From the NCBI RefSeq assembly GCF_042660085.1, contig NZ_JBHSTI010000008.1, positions 1,899,876 to 1,931,875 on the forward strand: a DNA stretch of 32,000 bases, read 5' to 3'. The notes under the pieces were generated by a model. The model was not told where the DNA came from, made no database searches, and was given only the letters and a program-made list of their open reading frames with translations. This stretch comes from Longivirga aurantiaca. Its GTDB lineage: Bacteria; Actinomycetota; Actinomycetes; S36-B12; CAIYMF01. The translations under genes and the position numbers were made by a program. Below, piece after piece: positions 7,724-16,284 of the stretch (position 1 is the stretch's first letter; the number at the start of each line of letters is the position of its first letter).

Positions 7724-8890
7724 TTAGCCGAGCAGGCCCGGATCCAGGCCGATCGCGCGCAGCACCTCGTCCGTGTGCTCGCCGAGGGCGGGCGCGGCCA
7801 GGGCCCGGCCGTCGGCCGGCAGCCAGGCCACCGGTCGCGCGGCGGTCGTGGTGCGGCCGTCGGCGAGGACGACGTCCTCGAACGCGCCGCGGGCCTGCAG
7901 GTCCGGGTCCGCGAGCGCCTCGGCAGACGTGCGTACCGGCGTCACGCAGGTCTGGTCGTGCTCCAGCAGCGCCAGCCACTCCTCGCGCGGGCGCGTCGCG
8001 AACAGCAGGGTGAGCCGGCCGCGCAGGGCGTCCTGGCCGGTGATGTCGTACTGCGCGTCGGCCAGCGTCGGGTCGCCCGCGAGCTCAGCCACCCGCGCGA
8101 AGAACTTGGGCTCGAGCGCGCCGAGGGCGAGCTCGGTGCCGTCGGCGCAGCGGTAGACGCCGTAGCAGGCGAGCGCGCCGGTGAGGACGTCCGGCACCGG
8201 CGGCGCCTCGCCGGTGGCCATGACCGTGCCCTGGCCGATGGCGGTGAGCGACATCGCGGAGTCGAGCATCGTGACGTCGGCGCGGAACGCCGGGGCCTCG
8301 GTCGACGGCGAGTCCTGCGCCTCGGCGACGCGCAGGCCGGCGACGACGGCGAGCGCGGCCTGCAGCCCCGAGGCCATGTCCGCGATGGGGAACGGCGGCA
8401 TCGCGGTGGCGCCGTCGATGCCGCGGGAGAGGCCGAGGATCCCGGCGTACCCCTCGACGTTGAGGTCGTGGCCGGGGAGCGCCGCGCGCCCGCCGTCGCC
8501 GTACGCCGTCATCGACACGTGGACGAGCGCGGGGTTGGCCGCAGCGAGCTCGGCCGGGCCGAGTCCGAGGCGGTCGAGCACCCCGGGGCGGAACGAGTCG
8601 ATGACGACGTGCGAGACGGACACGAGGCGCAGCAGCGCGTCGCGGGCCACGTCGGTCTTGAGGTCGAGGGCCACCGAGCGCTTCCCGCGGCAGAGCGCGA
8701 GGAAGAGCCCCGACTCCCCCGTCTCGCTGTACGGCGGTGAGACGCGCAGGCCGTCGCCGCCGCGCGGATCCTCGATCTTGACGACGTCGGCGCCCATGCC
8801 GAGCAGCAGCGAGGTGGCGTAGGCGCCGGGGAGCAGCCTGGTGAGGTCGACGACGCGGACGCCGTCGAGGGGACGCTCCGAGGTGGTCAC
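7724..8890 (-). CDS. Family III CoA-transferase (CaiB/BaiF; alpha-methylacyl-CoA racemase-like)
   Basis: Typical N-terminus LDGVRVVDLTRLLPGAYATSLLLGMGADVVKIEDPRGGD and a family-typical length of 388 aa. The GTG start lies 13 nt after the upstream gene. Confidence 0.85.
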   Translation of the reverse strand: MTTSERPLDGVRVVDLTRLLPGAYATSLLLGMGADVVKIEDPRGGDGLRVSPPYSETGESGLFLALCRGKRSVALDLKTDVARDALLRLVSVSHVVIDSFRPGVLDRLGLGPAELAAANPALVHVSMTAYGDGGRAALPGHDLNVEGYAGILGLSRGIDGATAMPPFPIADMASGLQAALAVVAGLRVAEAQDSPSTEAPAFRADVTMLDSAMSLTAIGQGTVMATGEAPPVPDVLTGALACYGVYRCADGTELALGALEPKFFARVAELAGDPTLADAQYDITGQDALRGRLTLLFATRPREEWLALLEHDQTCVTPVRTSAEALADPDLQARGAFEDVVLADGRTTTAARPVAWLPADGRALAAPALGEHTDEVLRAIGLDPGLLG

Positions 8891-8903
8891 GGGCGCGGCG
8901 GCG

Positions 8904-9167
8904 TCAGGAGCCGGTCGGGTCGTCGCTCGGGCCTCCGGCCTCGGGCCGGGGCACCAGCTCGACGGCGTCGACCGCGCCGCACCAGCGGCAGGACACCGAC
9001 TCGACGACCTCGCCGAGCACCTCGGTCTCCTCGACCTTCGGCACGCCGCCGAGGTCGAGGTGCCAGAACTCGCGCACCCGGCTCGAGCGGACGACGTCGA
9101 AGCGGGTCAGGTTCCCGCACTGGCTGCAGCGCCAGCGGGTGTCGTCGTCGGGCAGGGCGATGGCCAC
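8904..9167 (-). CDS. Small zinc-ribbon protein (CxxC ... CxxC), conserved hypothetical
   Basis: 87 aa with RCSQCGN and SCRWCG pairs about 40 aa apart. GTG start at 9167. Frame and coordinates were verified codon by codon. Confidence 0.65.
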   Translation of the reverse strand: MAIALPDDDTRWRCSQCGNLTRFDVVRSSRVREFWHLDLGGVPKVEETEVLGEVVESVSCRWCGAVDAVELVPRPEAGGPSDDPTGS

Positions 9168-9262
9168 GGCGGATCCTTCGGTTCGGTGCTGCTGGGCAGG
9201 CCACGACCCTACGGCGGCGCGCCTCCGGGTCGCCGTCGTACCCCCCGCCTAGCGTCATCGGC

Positions 9263-11089
9263 ATGAGGTCGTCGGCACGGGCGCAGCGCGCGGGAGCACC
9301 GCCCGCCGTGCTGCGCGTCGACCCGCGGCCGGTCCCGGCGCACGCCGAGGCCCAGACCACGTTCGACGACCTCGGCACCCCGCTGGCCGACGTCACCTTC
9401 GTCGTGGTCGACCTCGAGACCACGGGCGGCTCGCCCGCCGACGCCGGGATCACCGAGATCGGTGCCGTGAAGGTGCGCGGCGGCGAGGTGGTCGGGGAGT
9501 TCCAGACCCTGGTGCAGCCGGGCATCCCGGTGCCCGCCTTCATCGCGGTCCTCACCGGCATCACCGACTCGATGCTCCTCGACGCGCCGCGCCTCGCGGT
9601 GGCCTTGCCGGCGTTCCTCGACTTCGCGGCCGGCTGCGTTCTGGTCGCGCACAACGCGCCGTACGACGTCGGCTTCCTCAAGGGGGCGTGCGCGAAGCTC
9701 GGCCGGCCGTGGCCCGACCACGTGGTGCTCGACACCGCCAAGCTCGCCCGCGCCGTGCTGATGAAGGACGAGGTGCCCAACTGCAAGCTCTCGACCCTCG
9801 CGCCGTTCTTCCGGTCGACCACCAGCCCCAACCACCGCGCGCTGTCGGATGCGCGCGCCACGGTCGACGTGCTGCACGGCCTCATCGGCCGGGTCGGGTC
9901 GCTCGGCGTGCACTCGCTCGAGGAGCTGGCCACCTACACCTCCCGCGTCACCCCGGCGCAGCGCAGGAAGCGGCACCTGGCCGAGGGCCTGCCCGACTCC
10001 CCCGGCGTGTACGTGTTCCGCGACGACCGCGGTCGCGCCCTGTACGTCGGGAAGTCCGGCCGGGTGCGGTCGCGCGTCCGCACGTACTTCACGGCGTCCG
10101 AGACCCGCTCGCGCATGGCCGAGATGGTCGGCGTCGCCGCGCGGGTCGACGCCGTCGTCACCGCCACCCCGCTCGAGGCCGAGGTGCGCGAGCTGCGGCT
10201 CATCGCCGAGCTGTCGCCGCGCTACAACCGGCGCAGCCGCAACCCCGAGCGGTCGGTGTGGGTCAAGCTCACCGTGGAGCCGTTCCCGCGGCTGTCGGTC
10301 GTGCGCACGGTGAAGGACGACGTCGACGCGGGCGCGGCCTACCTCGGCCCGTTCGGGTCGCGACGTGGCGCGCTCGAGGCTGTCGAGGCGCTGCAGGCGG
10401 CGATCCCGTTGCGCACCTGCACGTCGCGCATGCCGGCCCTCGGCACCGGATCCGCCTGCGTGCTGGCCGAGATGGGACGGTGCCCGGCGCCGTGCGTGGG
10501 CGCGGTCGACGTCGCGGGCTACGCCATCCACGTCGAGGCCGCGCGTCATGCGCTGCTCGACGACGTGCGCCACGTCGAGGCCGTGCTGGTCGGTCGGCTC
10601 CGCGCTCTCGCCGACGACCTGCGCTACGAGGAGGCCGCGCTCTGGCGCGACCGGCTCGAGACGTTCGCGCGCGGAGCCGCTCGGGCGCAGGAGATCGCGT
10701 CGCTGGCCGCGCTGCCCGAGCTCGTCGCCGCACGGCCCACGGCGGACCGCGGGTGGGAGGTGCACGTGGTGCGCCACGGCCGCCTCGCCGGCGCGGTCAC
10801 CGTGCGCCCCGGCGTCGACCCGCGACCCGCGGTCGCAGCACTCGTCAGCACCGCCGAGCAGGTCGACCCGCCCGTGGGCCCGGTGCCGGCCGCACTGGTC
10901 GAGGAGACCCTGCGGATCCTGCGCTGGCTCGAGCAGGACGGCGTCCGCCTCGTCCCCGGCCCCGAGCCCCTCGCCTGGTCGTTGCCCGCGCACGGGGCGG
11001 GCGGGCTGCTCTCGCGCCTCGCCGCCTCCCGCGCGGCCGACGTCGTCGCCCGGCCCACCGTCGAGCGGCACCTGCGCCCCGCCGGCTGA
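9263..11089 (+). CDS. DEDD (DnaQ-like) 3'-5' exonuclease fused to a GIY-YIG/UvrC-like nuclease domain (Rv2191-like)
   Basis: Exo motifs VVVDLETTG, LVAHNAPYDVGFL and HRALSDARATVDVL, then the GIY-YIG segment PGVYVFRDDRGRALYVGKS...RVRTYF and a UvrC-like region. Confidence 0.88.
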   Translation: MRSSARAQRAGAPPAVLRVDPRPVPAHAEAQTTFDDLGTPLADVTFVVVDLETTGGSPADAGITEIGAVKVRGGEVVGEFQTLVQPGIPVPAFIAVLTGITDSMLLDAPRLAVALPAFLDFAAGCVLVAHNAPYDVGFLKGACAKLGRPWPDHVVLDTAKLARAVLMKDEVPNCKLSTLAPFFRSTTSPNHRALSDARATVDVLHGLIGRVGSLGVHSLEELATYTSRVTPAQRRKRHLAEGLPDSPGVYVFRDDRGRALYVGKSGRVRSRVRTYFTASETRSRMAEMVGVAARVDAVVTATPLEAEVRELRLIAELSPRYNRRSRNPERSVWVKLTVEPFPRLSVVRTVKDDVDAGAAYLGPFGSRRGALEAVEALQAAIPLRTCTSRMPALGTGSACVLAEMGRCPAPCVGAVDVAGYAIHVEAARHALLDDVRHVEAVLVGRLRALADDLRYEEAALWRDRLETFARGAARAQEIASLAALPELVAARPTADRGWEVHVVRHGRLAGAVTVRPGVDPRPAVAALVSTAEQVDPPVGPVPAALVEETLRILRWLEQDGVRLVPGPEPLAWSLPAHGAGGLLSRLAASRAADVVARPTVERHLRPAG

Positions 11090-11111
11090 CCCGGCGCCGT
11101 GACGCCGCCAC

Positions 11112-11155
11112 TTGGATGCCGGATGCCGGGCCCCGTCCCGGAATCCGGCATCCAA
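11112..11155. repeat. Palindromic hairpin, member of the TTGGATG...CATCCAA repeat family (copy C)
   Basis: TTGGATGCCGGAT-G-CCGGG-ccccgt-CCCGG-A-ATCCGGCATCCAA has 13-bp perfect outer arms plus 5-bp inner arms. It lies 22 nt after the exonuclease stop and 26 nt before the RAM-domain gene. Confidence 0.6.
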
Positions 11156-11181
11156 CCCACCGCGCGGCCTAGGGTGGCGCC

Positions 11182-11460
11182 ATGGTCACCGCCATCGTGT
11201 TCATCCGTACCGACGTCGACGCCGTGAACGCCGTCGCCGAGACCATCGCCGCGATCGACGGCGTCGCCGAGGTCTACTCGGTCACCGGCGACCTCGACCT
11301 CGTCGCGATGGTGCGCGTCCGCGACCTCGACGACGTGAGCCGCGTCGTCACCGACGGCATCGGCGGTGTGCCCGGGATCCTCGCCACCGAGACCCACATC
11401 GCGTTCCGCACCTACAGCAAGCACGACCTCGAGTCCGCCTTCGCCATCGGCCTCGACTGA
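11182..11460 (+). CDS. Stand-alone Lrp/AsnC ligand-binding (RAM) domain protein, no HTH
   Basis: 92 aa, VTAIVFIRTD...VAEVYSVTGDLDLVAMVRVRDLDDVSRVVTDGIGGVPGILATETHIAF, a typical AsnC_trans_reg beta-alpha-beta-beta-alpha-beta pattern. Confidence 0.8.
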   Translation: MVTAIVFIRTDVDAVNAVAETIAAIDGVAEVYSVTGDLDLVAMVRVRDLDDVSRVVTDGIGGVPGILATETHIAFRTYSKHDLESAFAIGLD

Positions 11461-11472
11461 CCCTCGCTGGTG

Positions 11473-11520
11473 TGGATGAAGGCGACCTTCATCCAATAGA
11501 GCCGAACAATCCCGGCATTC
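11473..11520. repeat. Half-copy of the low-GC palindromic repeat (copy A)
   Basis: TGGATGAAGG-cga-CCTTCATCCA forms a 10-bp stem. CCTTCATCCAATAGAGCCGAACAA is identical over 24 nt to the right arm of the copy at 30946-30969. The partner of the outer arm is missing. Confidence 0.75.
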
Positions 11521-11633
11521 ACGGACGCTGCTGTCCGCAGGACCTCCATCTGGTGCCGGTGGCCGTGCAGCGTTTCGACGTCCTCGTCCCGTGTACGGGG
11601 TGAGGACGGCACCGCGCCGGGGAGGATGGCCGC

Positions 11634-11993
11634 ATGGCACGGCAGGGGGACGCCGACTTCCTGGGCTGGGTGTCGACCAGCCGGGACGGACTGCGCACGA
11701 CCGCCTTCCTCCTGTGCGGCGACTGGCACCTCGCCGATGACCTCGTCCAGGACGCCCTCACCCGGGTCTTCGGCGTCTGGGGACGCGTGAGCGGCTCGGG
11801 CGATCCGGGGCCGTACGCCCGCAAGGTGCTCGTCAACCTCTACCTCGACCACCGGCGTCGACCGTCCCGGCGGGAGACGCCGACCGCCGACCTTCCCGAC
11901 CGCGCGCTCGAGCAGCCGCTCACGGTGGACGGCGGCGAGGTGCCTGTCCGGGTCGTACCCGGGCCGGTGCCTCAAGCGGTCGCCGGCTCCTGA
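11634..11993 (+). CDS. ECF (SigE-family) sigma factor truncated after region 2; possible pseudogene or remnant
   Basis: Strong GGAGGA SD 7 nt before ATG 11634. Region 2 motifs are present (LLCGDWHLADDLVQDALTRVF, YARKVLVNLYLDHRRR). The ORF stops at 119 aa with no region 4 HTH in any frame, and the trpD stop lies 19 nt beyond it on the other strand. Confidence 0.65.
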   Translation: MARQGDADFLGWVSTSRDGLRTTAFLLCGDWHLADDLVQDALTRVFGVWGRVSGSGDPGPYARKVLVNLYLDHRRRPSRRETPTADLPDRALEQPLTVDGGEVPVRVVPGPVPQAVAGS

Positions 11994-12011
11994 TCGACCC
12001 TGCGTACGCCC

Positions 12012-13127
12012 TCAGCGGGCGGCGAGGCTTGACGAGACGTCGATCCAGCGGGTGAGCAGCGCGCCGGCTGCACCGGAGTCGACGGCGTCGGCCGCGCGCG
12101 GCAGCGCCTTCGACAGCCGGTCGCCGATCGAGACCGACGACGGGCCCGCCCCCACCGAGTCGTGGGCGACGAGCGCCGCGGCCGCGCCGAGCAGGACGGC
12201 GTCGCGCACGGGGTCGAGCCCCGCCGAGCGCTCGCCCGAGAGCATCGCCCGCGCGACCTCGGCGTTGTAGGCGGCGTCGGCACCGCGCAGCGCGTCGACG
12301 CCGGCCCGCGCGATTCCGAGATCCGCCGCGTCGACGAGCGACTCGACCACCGCTGACCCCGTCGCGTCCCAGATCCGCGTGGGCGCGGACGTCGACAGCT
12401 CGTCGAGACCGTCCTCCCCGCGTACGACGAGAGCGCGCGTGCCGCGGTCGAGCAGCGCCTGTGCCATCACGGGCGCGAGCCGCAGGTCGGCGCAGCCCAC
12501 GACCTGGGCGGCCGGTCGGGCCGGGTTGGCCAGCGGGCCGAGGATGTTGAACACCGTGGGTACGCCGAGCTCGCGGCGCGACACCGCCGCGTGCCGCATG
12601 CCCGGGTGGAACACCGGAGCGAAGAAGAACGTGACGCCGGTGCGCTCGAGCACCTCGGCCACACCTGCCGGGGGCAGGTCGACGGCGACGCCGAGCGCCT
12701 CGAGCACGTCGGCCGATCCGGCAGCCGAGCTCGCGGCGCGGTTGCCGTGCTTGGCCACCGGCGCGCCGGCGGCAGCCACGACCACCGCGGCCATCGTCGA
12801 GATGTTGACCGTGTGCGAGCGGTCGCCGCCGGTGCCGCAGGTGTCGACGGTCGCACCGATCGAGGGCGCGAGGTCGACGGCAGCGGCGTGCGACAGCATC
12901 GCGCTCACGAGACCGGACACCTCGGCGGCGCTCTCGCCCTTGGCCCGCAGCGCCACGAGGAAGCCCGCGAGCTGCACGGGGGTGGCGTCGCCCGCCATCA
13001 CACCGCTCATCGCCCACTCGGCGTCCGCGGCGGTGAGGTCCTCGCGGCGCAGCAGAGCGCTGATGAGGTCGGCCCACGAGCGGGAGCCGGGGTCAGGAGC
13101 GGCCGGGGACGCGGGTGCCGAGGTCAC
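12012..13127 (-). CDS. trpD: Anthranilate phosphoribosyltransferase
   Basis: Signature DTCGTGGDRSHTVNISTMAAVVVAAAG, FFAPVFHPGMRH and NILGPLANP. GTG start at 13127. Confidence 0.93.
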   Translation of the reverse strand: MTSAPASPAAPDPGSRSWADLISALLRREDLTAADAEWAMSGVMAGDATPVQLAGFLVALRAKGESAAEVSGLVSAMLSHAAAVDLAPSIGATVDTCGTGGDRSHTVNISTMAAVVVAAAGAPVAKHGNRAASSAAGSADVLEALGVAVDLPPAGVAEVLERTGVTFFFAPVFHPGMRHAAVSRRELGVPTVFNILGPLANPARPAAQVVGCADLRLAPVMAQALLDRGTRALVVRGEDGLDELSTSAPTRIWDATGSAVVESLVDAADLGIARAGVDALRGADAAYNAEVARAMLSGERSAGLDPVRDAVLLGAAAALVAHDSVGAGPSSVSIGDRLSKALPRAADAVDSGAAGALLTRWIDVSSSLAAR

Positions 13128-13182
13128 GCACGCACCCTAGCCGCGTCCCGGTGCGGTGCCCGGGGTGGTTCCGGGCGTCGGA

Positions 13183-13593
13183 TCAGGAGGTGAGCGCTGC
13201 GCGCGGGCGCAGGAGGCCGGCGGCGGTCTCGGCGAGCACGACCGGGTCGATCGGGTGGGGTACGACGGCCTCGGCCTGCGACCAGGTGGCGAGCCAGGCG
13301 TCCTGCGGGCGGCCGATGAGCAGCAGCACCGGCGGCGCCTGGTAGATCTCGTTGCGCATGCGGCGGGTGATGCCCATGCCGCCCGACGGGCGGGCCTCGC
13401 CGTCGAGGATGCACAGGTCGATGCCGCCCTCCTCGAGCCGGCGGATGAGCGCGGGCTCGGTGGCGAACTCGACGTACTCGATGCGCGGGAGGTCGGCTGC
13501 GGGGCGGCGACCGAGGGCCTGGCGCACCGCCGTCCGCACGGGTGCCTCGGAGGAGTAGACGAGGACGGTCTGGGTGCGCTCGGCAGTGCTCAT
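13183..13593 (-). CDS. Stand-alone receiver-like (CheY-fold) protein with degenerate phosphorylation pocket
   Basis: ATG 13593 ([16 protein letters not shown]...). The beta-alpha pattern has Asp in LCILDGEA. However, the acidic pair after strand 1 is SSE, and the conserved T/S and K positions read IGRPQD and PHP. Confidence 0.6.
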   Translation of the reverse strand: MSTAERTQTVLVYSSEAPVRTAVRQALGRRPAADLPRIEYVEFATEPALIRRLEEGGIDLCILDGEARPSGGMGITRRMRNEIYQAPPVLLLIGRPQDAWLATWSQAEAVVPHPIDPVVLAETAAGLLRPRAALTS

Positions 13594-13820
13594 GGCACCG
13601 AATCGTAGCGACCGTGCGCCCGGCCACGGCACCGCGCACCGTGCCCGCAGCGACCGATTGTCGGACCCCTGCCCAGATGAGGCTTACCTCACTTCCGCGG
13701 GCGTGCATCGTGCCAGGTCAGCGGGCGTGGGGGCCGCTGGCGGGCCCCAGGGTCACAGCCGCGACACGGAGTCGGGGGGTGGACGGGTGCAAGGGCCCCG
13801 GACCTGCCACAATCCTCCCC

Positions 13821-14426
13821 GTGGCGACCGCAACCGTGATCGAGAACGCACCCGCCCACGCGCCTGCCAACCGACCCAACATGGTGTCGGTCGGCACGAT
13901 CGTGTGGCTGTCCAGCGAGCTGATGTTCTTCGCGGCTCTGTTCGCGATGTACTTCACCCTCCGGGCGGTGAACATCGACGAGTGGTCGACGTTCACCGAG
14001 ATCCTGAACATCCCGTTCGCGACGGTGAACACGATCATCCTCGTGCTGTCGTCGGTCACCTGCCAGCTCGGCGTGTTCGCGGCGGAGCGCGGTGACGTCC
14101 GCAAGCTGCGGATGTGGTTCATCATCACGTTCGTCATGGGCGCGGTCTTCGTCGCCGGCCAGGTCACGGAGTACGCCGAGCTCGTGAAGGAGGGCGTCAC
14201 CCTCGCCTCGAGCGCGTACGGCTCGGTCTTCTACCTCACCACCGGCTTCCACGGCATGCACGTGACCGGCGGCCTCGTGGCCTTCCTCTTCGTCCTCGGA
14301 CGCACCTACGTCTCGCGGCGCTTCACGCACCGTCAGGCGACCACGGCCATCGTCGTGTCGTACTACTGGCACTTCGTCGACGTGGTCTGGATCGGCCTGT
14401 TCACCATGATCTACCTCATCAAGTAG
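13821..14426 (+). CDS. ctaE: Cytochrome c oxidase (aa3) subunit III
   Basis: [48 protein letters not shown] and [13 protein letters not shown] resemble actinobacterial CtaE. The start is uncertain (GTG 13779, GTG 13821 or ATG 13881). 13821 gives a leader length like the remembered mycobacterial CtaE. Confidence 0.88.
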   Translation: MATATVIENAPAHAPANRPNMVSVGTIVWLSSELMFFAALFAMYFTLRAVNIDEWSTFTEILNIPFATVNTIILVLSSVTCQLGVFAAERGDVRKLRMWFIITFVMGAVFVAGQVTEYAELVKEGVTLASSAYGSVFYLTTGFHGMHVTGGLVAFLFVLGRTYVSRRFTHRQATTAIVVSYYWHFVDVVWIGLFTMIYLIK

Positions 14427-14479
14427 CCCGGCTCCGCCGCTGATCTCCATCCCGCACGACGACACGTGAAGGCTCACTC

Positions 14480-15262
14480 GTGACCAGCAGCTCAGTCCGA
14501 CGGCACAAGGCCACCGGCCTCGCCGTCCTCATGGTGGGGCTCCTGACCACCGGGATCGGCTACGCAGCCGTGACCGGATCGGCAGAGGCCTCGGCGCCCA
14601 CGGCGTCGCAGTCCCAGGTCGAGGAGGGCAAGAAGCTCTACCTCGAGGGGTGCGCGACCTGCCACGGCCTCGCCGCCCAGGGCGCGACCGACGGCCCCTC
14701 CCTCATCGGCGTCGGCGCGGCCGCCGTCGACTTCCAGGTGAGCACGGGCCGCATGCCGCTGGCAGTGCCGGCCAACCAGGCTCCGGCCAAGCCGTACTCC
14801 TACTCCGCGGAGGAGGTGGCCGCGCTCGCCGCGTTCGTCGCCTCCCTCGCCCCCGGGCCGGCCATCCCCACCGAGGCCGACCTCGACACCTCCGAGGCCA
14901 GCCTGGCCGAGGGCGGCGAGCTCTTCCGCACCAACTGCGCCCAGTGCCACAACTTCGCCGGCAAGGGCGGCGCGCTGTCCGAGGGCAAGTACGCACCGAC
15001 CCTCATGGACTCCGACGCCAGGATCATCTGGGAGGCCATGGCCACCGGCCCCCAGAGCATGCCGAACTTCCCGGACACCACCATGCCGGCGGAGCAGAAG
15101 CAGGCGATCATCAAGTACATCGAGAACCTGCAGAGCGGTGACGCCCCTGGCGGCCTCGCGCTCGGCTCCTTCGGCCCCGTGACCGAGGGCGTGTTCATCT
15201 GGACGGCGGGCCTCGGCGCTCTGCTGGCTGCGGCCGTGTGGATCGGGGCGAAGGTTCGATGA
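14480..15262 (+). CDS. qcrC: Cytochrome bc1 complex diheme cytochrome c subunit
   Basis: Two CxxCH motifs (CATCHG, CAQCHN), an N-terminal TM/signal segment and a C-terminal TM helix. GTG 14480 follows GAAGG. Confidence 0.92.
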   Translation: MTSSSVRRHKATGLAVLMVGLLTTGIGYAAVTGSAEASAPTASQSQVEEGKKLYLEGCATCHGLAAQGATDGPSLIGVGAAAVDFQVSTGRMPLAVPANQAPAKPYSYSAEEVAALAAFVASLAPGPAIPTEADLDTSEASLAEGGELFRTNCAQCHNFAGKGGALSEGKYAPTLMDSDARIIWEAMATGPQSMPNFPDTTMPAEQKQAIIKYIENLQSGDAPGGLALGSFGPVTEGVFIWTAGLGALLAAAVWIGAKVR

Positions 15263-16284
15263 GCGACACCACGAGCACCGACCTCGTCACCCACGGGCAC
15301 GGCGAGGAGGCGCAGTTCCCGCTGCCGCCGCACCACCTGCGCATCACCGACACCGACCCGCGCGCCGCGCGCAGGGCCGAGCGCCAGGTCGCGATCATGT
15401 TCGCGCTCTCCGCGCTCCTCGTCATCGCCTTCGTCGTCGTCTACTTCACCGTGCCGGTGGAGAACTTCGTCAACCTCGGCCCCATCGGCATCGTCAACGC
15501 ATCCAACCTGCTGCTCGGCCTCACGTTCGGCGGCGCGATCTTCCTGATCGGCGCCGGCGCCATCCACTGGGCCAAGAAGCTCATGGCCGACGAGGAGATC
15601 GCCGACGAGCGCCACCCCGTCGGCTCGCCGCAGGAGGACAAGGACGCTGCGCTCGAGGCGTTCCAGGCCGGTCTCGCCGAGTCGGGCTTCGCCGAGCGCA
15701 AGCTCGTGCGGCGCACGCTCATCGGCGCCCTCGCGCTCTTCCCGGTGCCGCTCATCATCTTCCTGAAGGACATGGGCCCGCCCCCGGGCACTGTGCTGCG
15801 CGAGACCGTGTGGAAGAAGGGCGACCGCATCGTCGTCGACGTGACGCTGCAGCCCATCCGCCCGGAGGACCTCCGCGTCGGCACGCTCGTCTCGGCGTCT
15901 CCCGAGGGGCTCACCGAGCTCCAGGAGGAGCAGGGCACGATGAACGCCCGCGCCAAGGCCTCGATCATCCTGGTGCGCATGCGCCCCGAGGAGATCCGGT
16001 CGCAGCAGAACGACGGCTGGGACTTCAACGGAATCCTGGCGTTCTCCAAGATCTGCACGCACGTGGGCTGCCCCATCGCCCTCTACCAGCAGCGCACGCA
16101 CCACCTGCTGTGCCCCTGCCATCAGTCAACGTTCGATCTCGCCGACTCGGGCAACGTCGTGTTCGGACCTGCTGCGCGCCGCATGCCGCAGCTGCCCATC
16201 ACCGTCGACGACGAGGGGTACCTGGTGGCCGCTGACGGCTTCCAGGAGCCCGTCGGCCCGAGCTTCTGGGAGCGTGGCGCATGA
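15259..16284 (+). CDS. qcrA: Cytochrome bc1 complex Rieske iron-sulfur subunit
   Basis: Rieske boxes CTHVGCP and CPCHQSTF. ATG 15259 overlaps the qcrC stop (ATGA coupling). Confidence 0.92.
   Translation: MSDTTSTDLVTHGHGEEAQFPLPPHHLRITDTDPRAARRAERQVAIMFALSALLVIAFVVVYFTVPVENFVNLGPIGIVNASNLLLGLTFGGAIFLIGAGAIHWAKKLMADEEIADERHPVGSPQEDKDAALEAFQAGLAESGFAERKLVRRTLIGALALFPVPLIIFLKDMGPPPGTVLRETVWKKGDRIVVDVTLQPIRPEDLRVGTLVSASPEGLTELQEEQGTMNARAKASIILVRMRPEEIRSQQNDGWDFNGILAFSKICTHVGCPIALYQQRTHHLLCPCHQSTFDLADSGNVVFGPAARRMPQLPITVDDEGYLVAADGFQEPVGPSFWERGA

Noticed and set aside
9209-11155. 648-aa minus-strand ORF, plus 9688..11172 (+), over the exonuclease gene
   Set aside because: These are antisense or shifted-frame artefacts. 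The 9263..11089 frame has DEDD and GIY-YIG motifs.
11412-11975. 187-aa minus-strand ORF running through repeat copy A and antisense to the sigma gene
   Set aside because: It has no motifs and reads through the palindrome. The plus-strand frame has a strong SD and sigma region 2 motifs.
13128-13182. Possible trp leader or attenuator upstream of trpD
   Set aside because: The gap is only 55 nt, with no Trp-codon leader peptide or alternative hairpins. trpD is probably co-transcribed with the upstream receiver-like gene.
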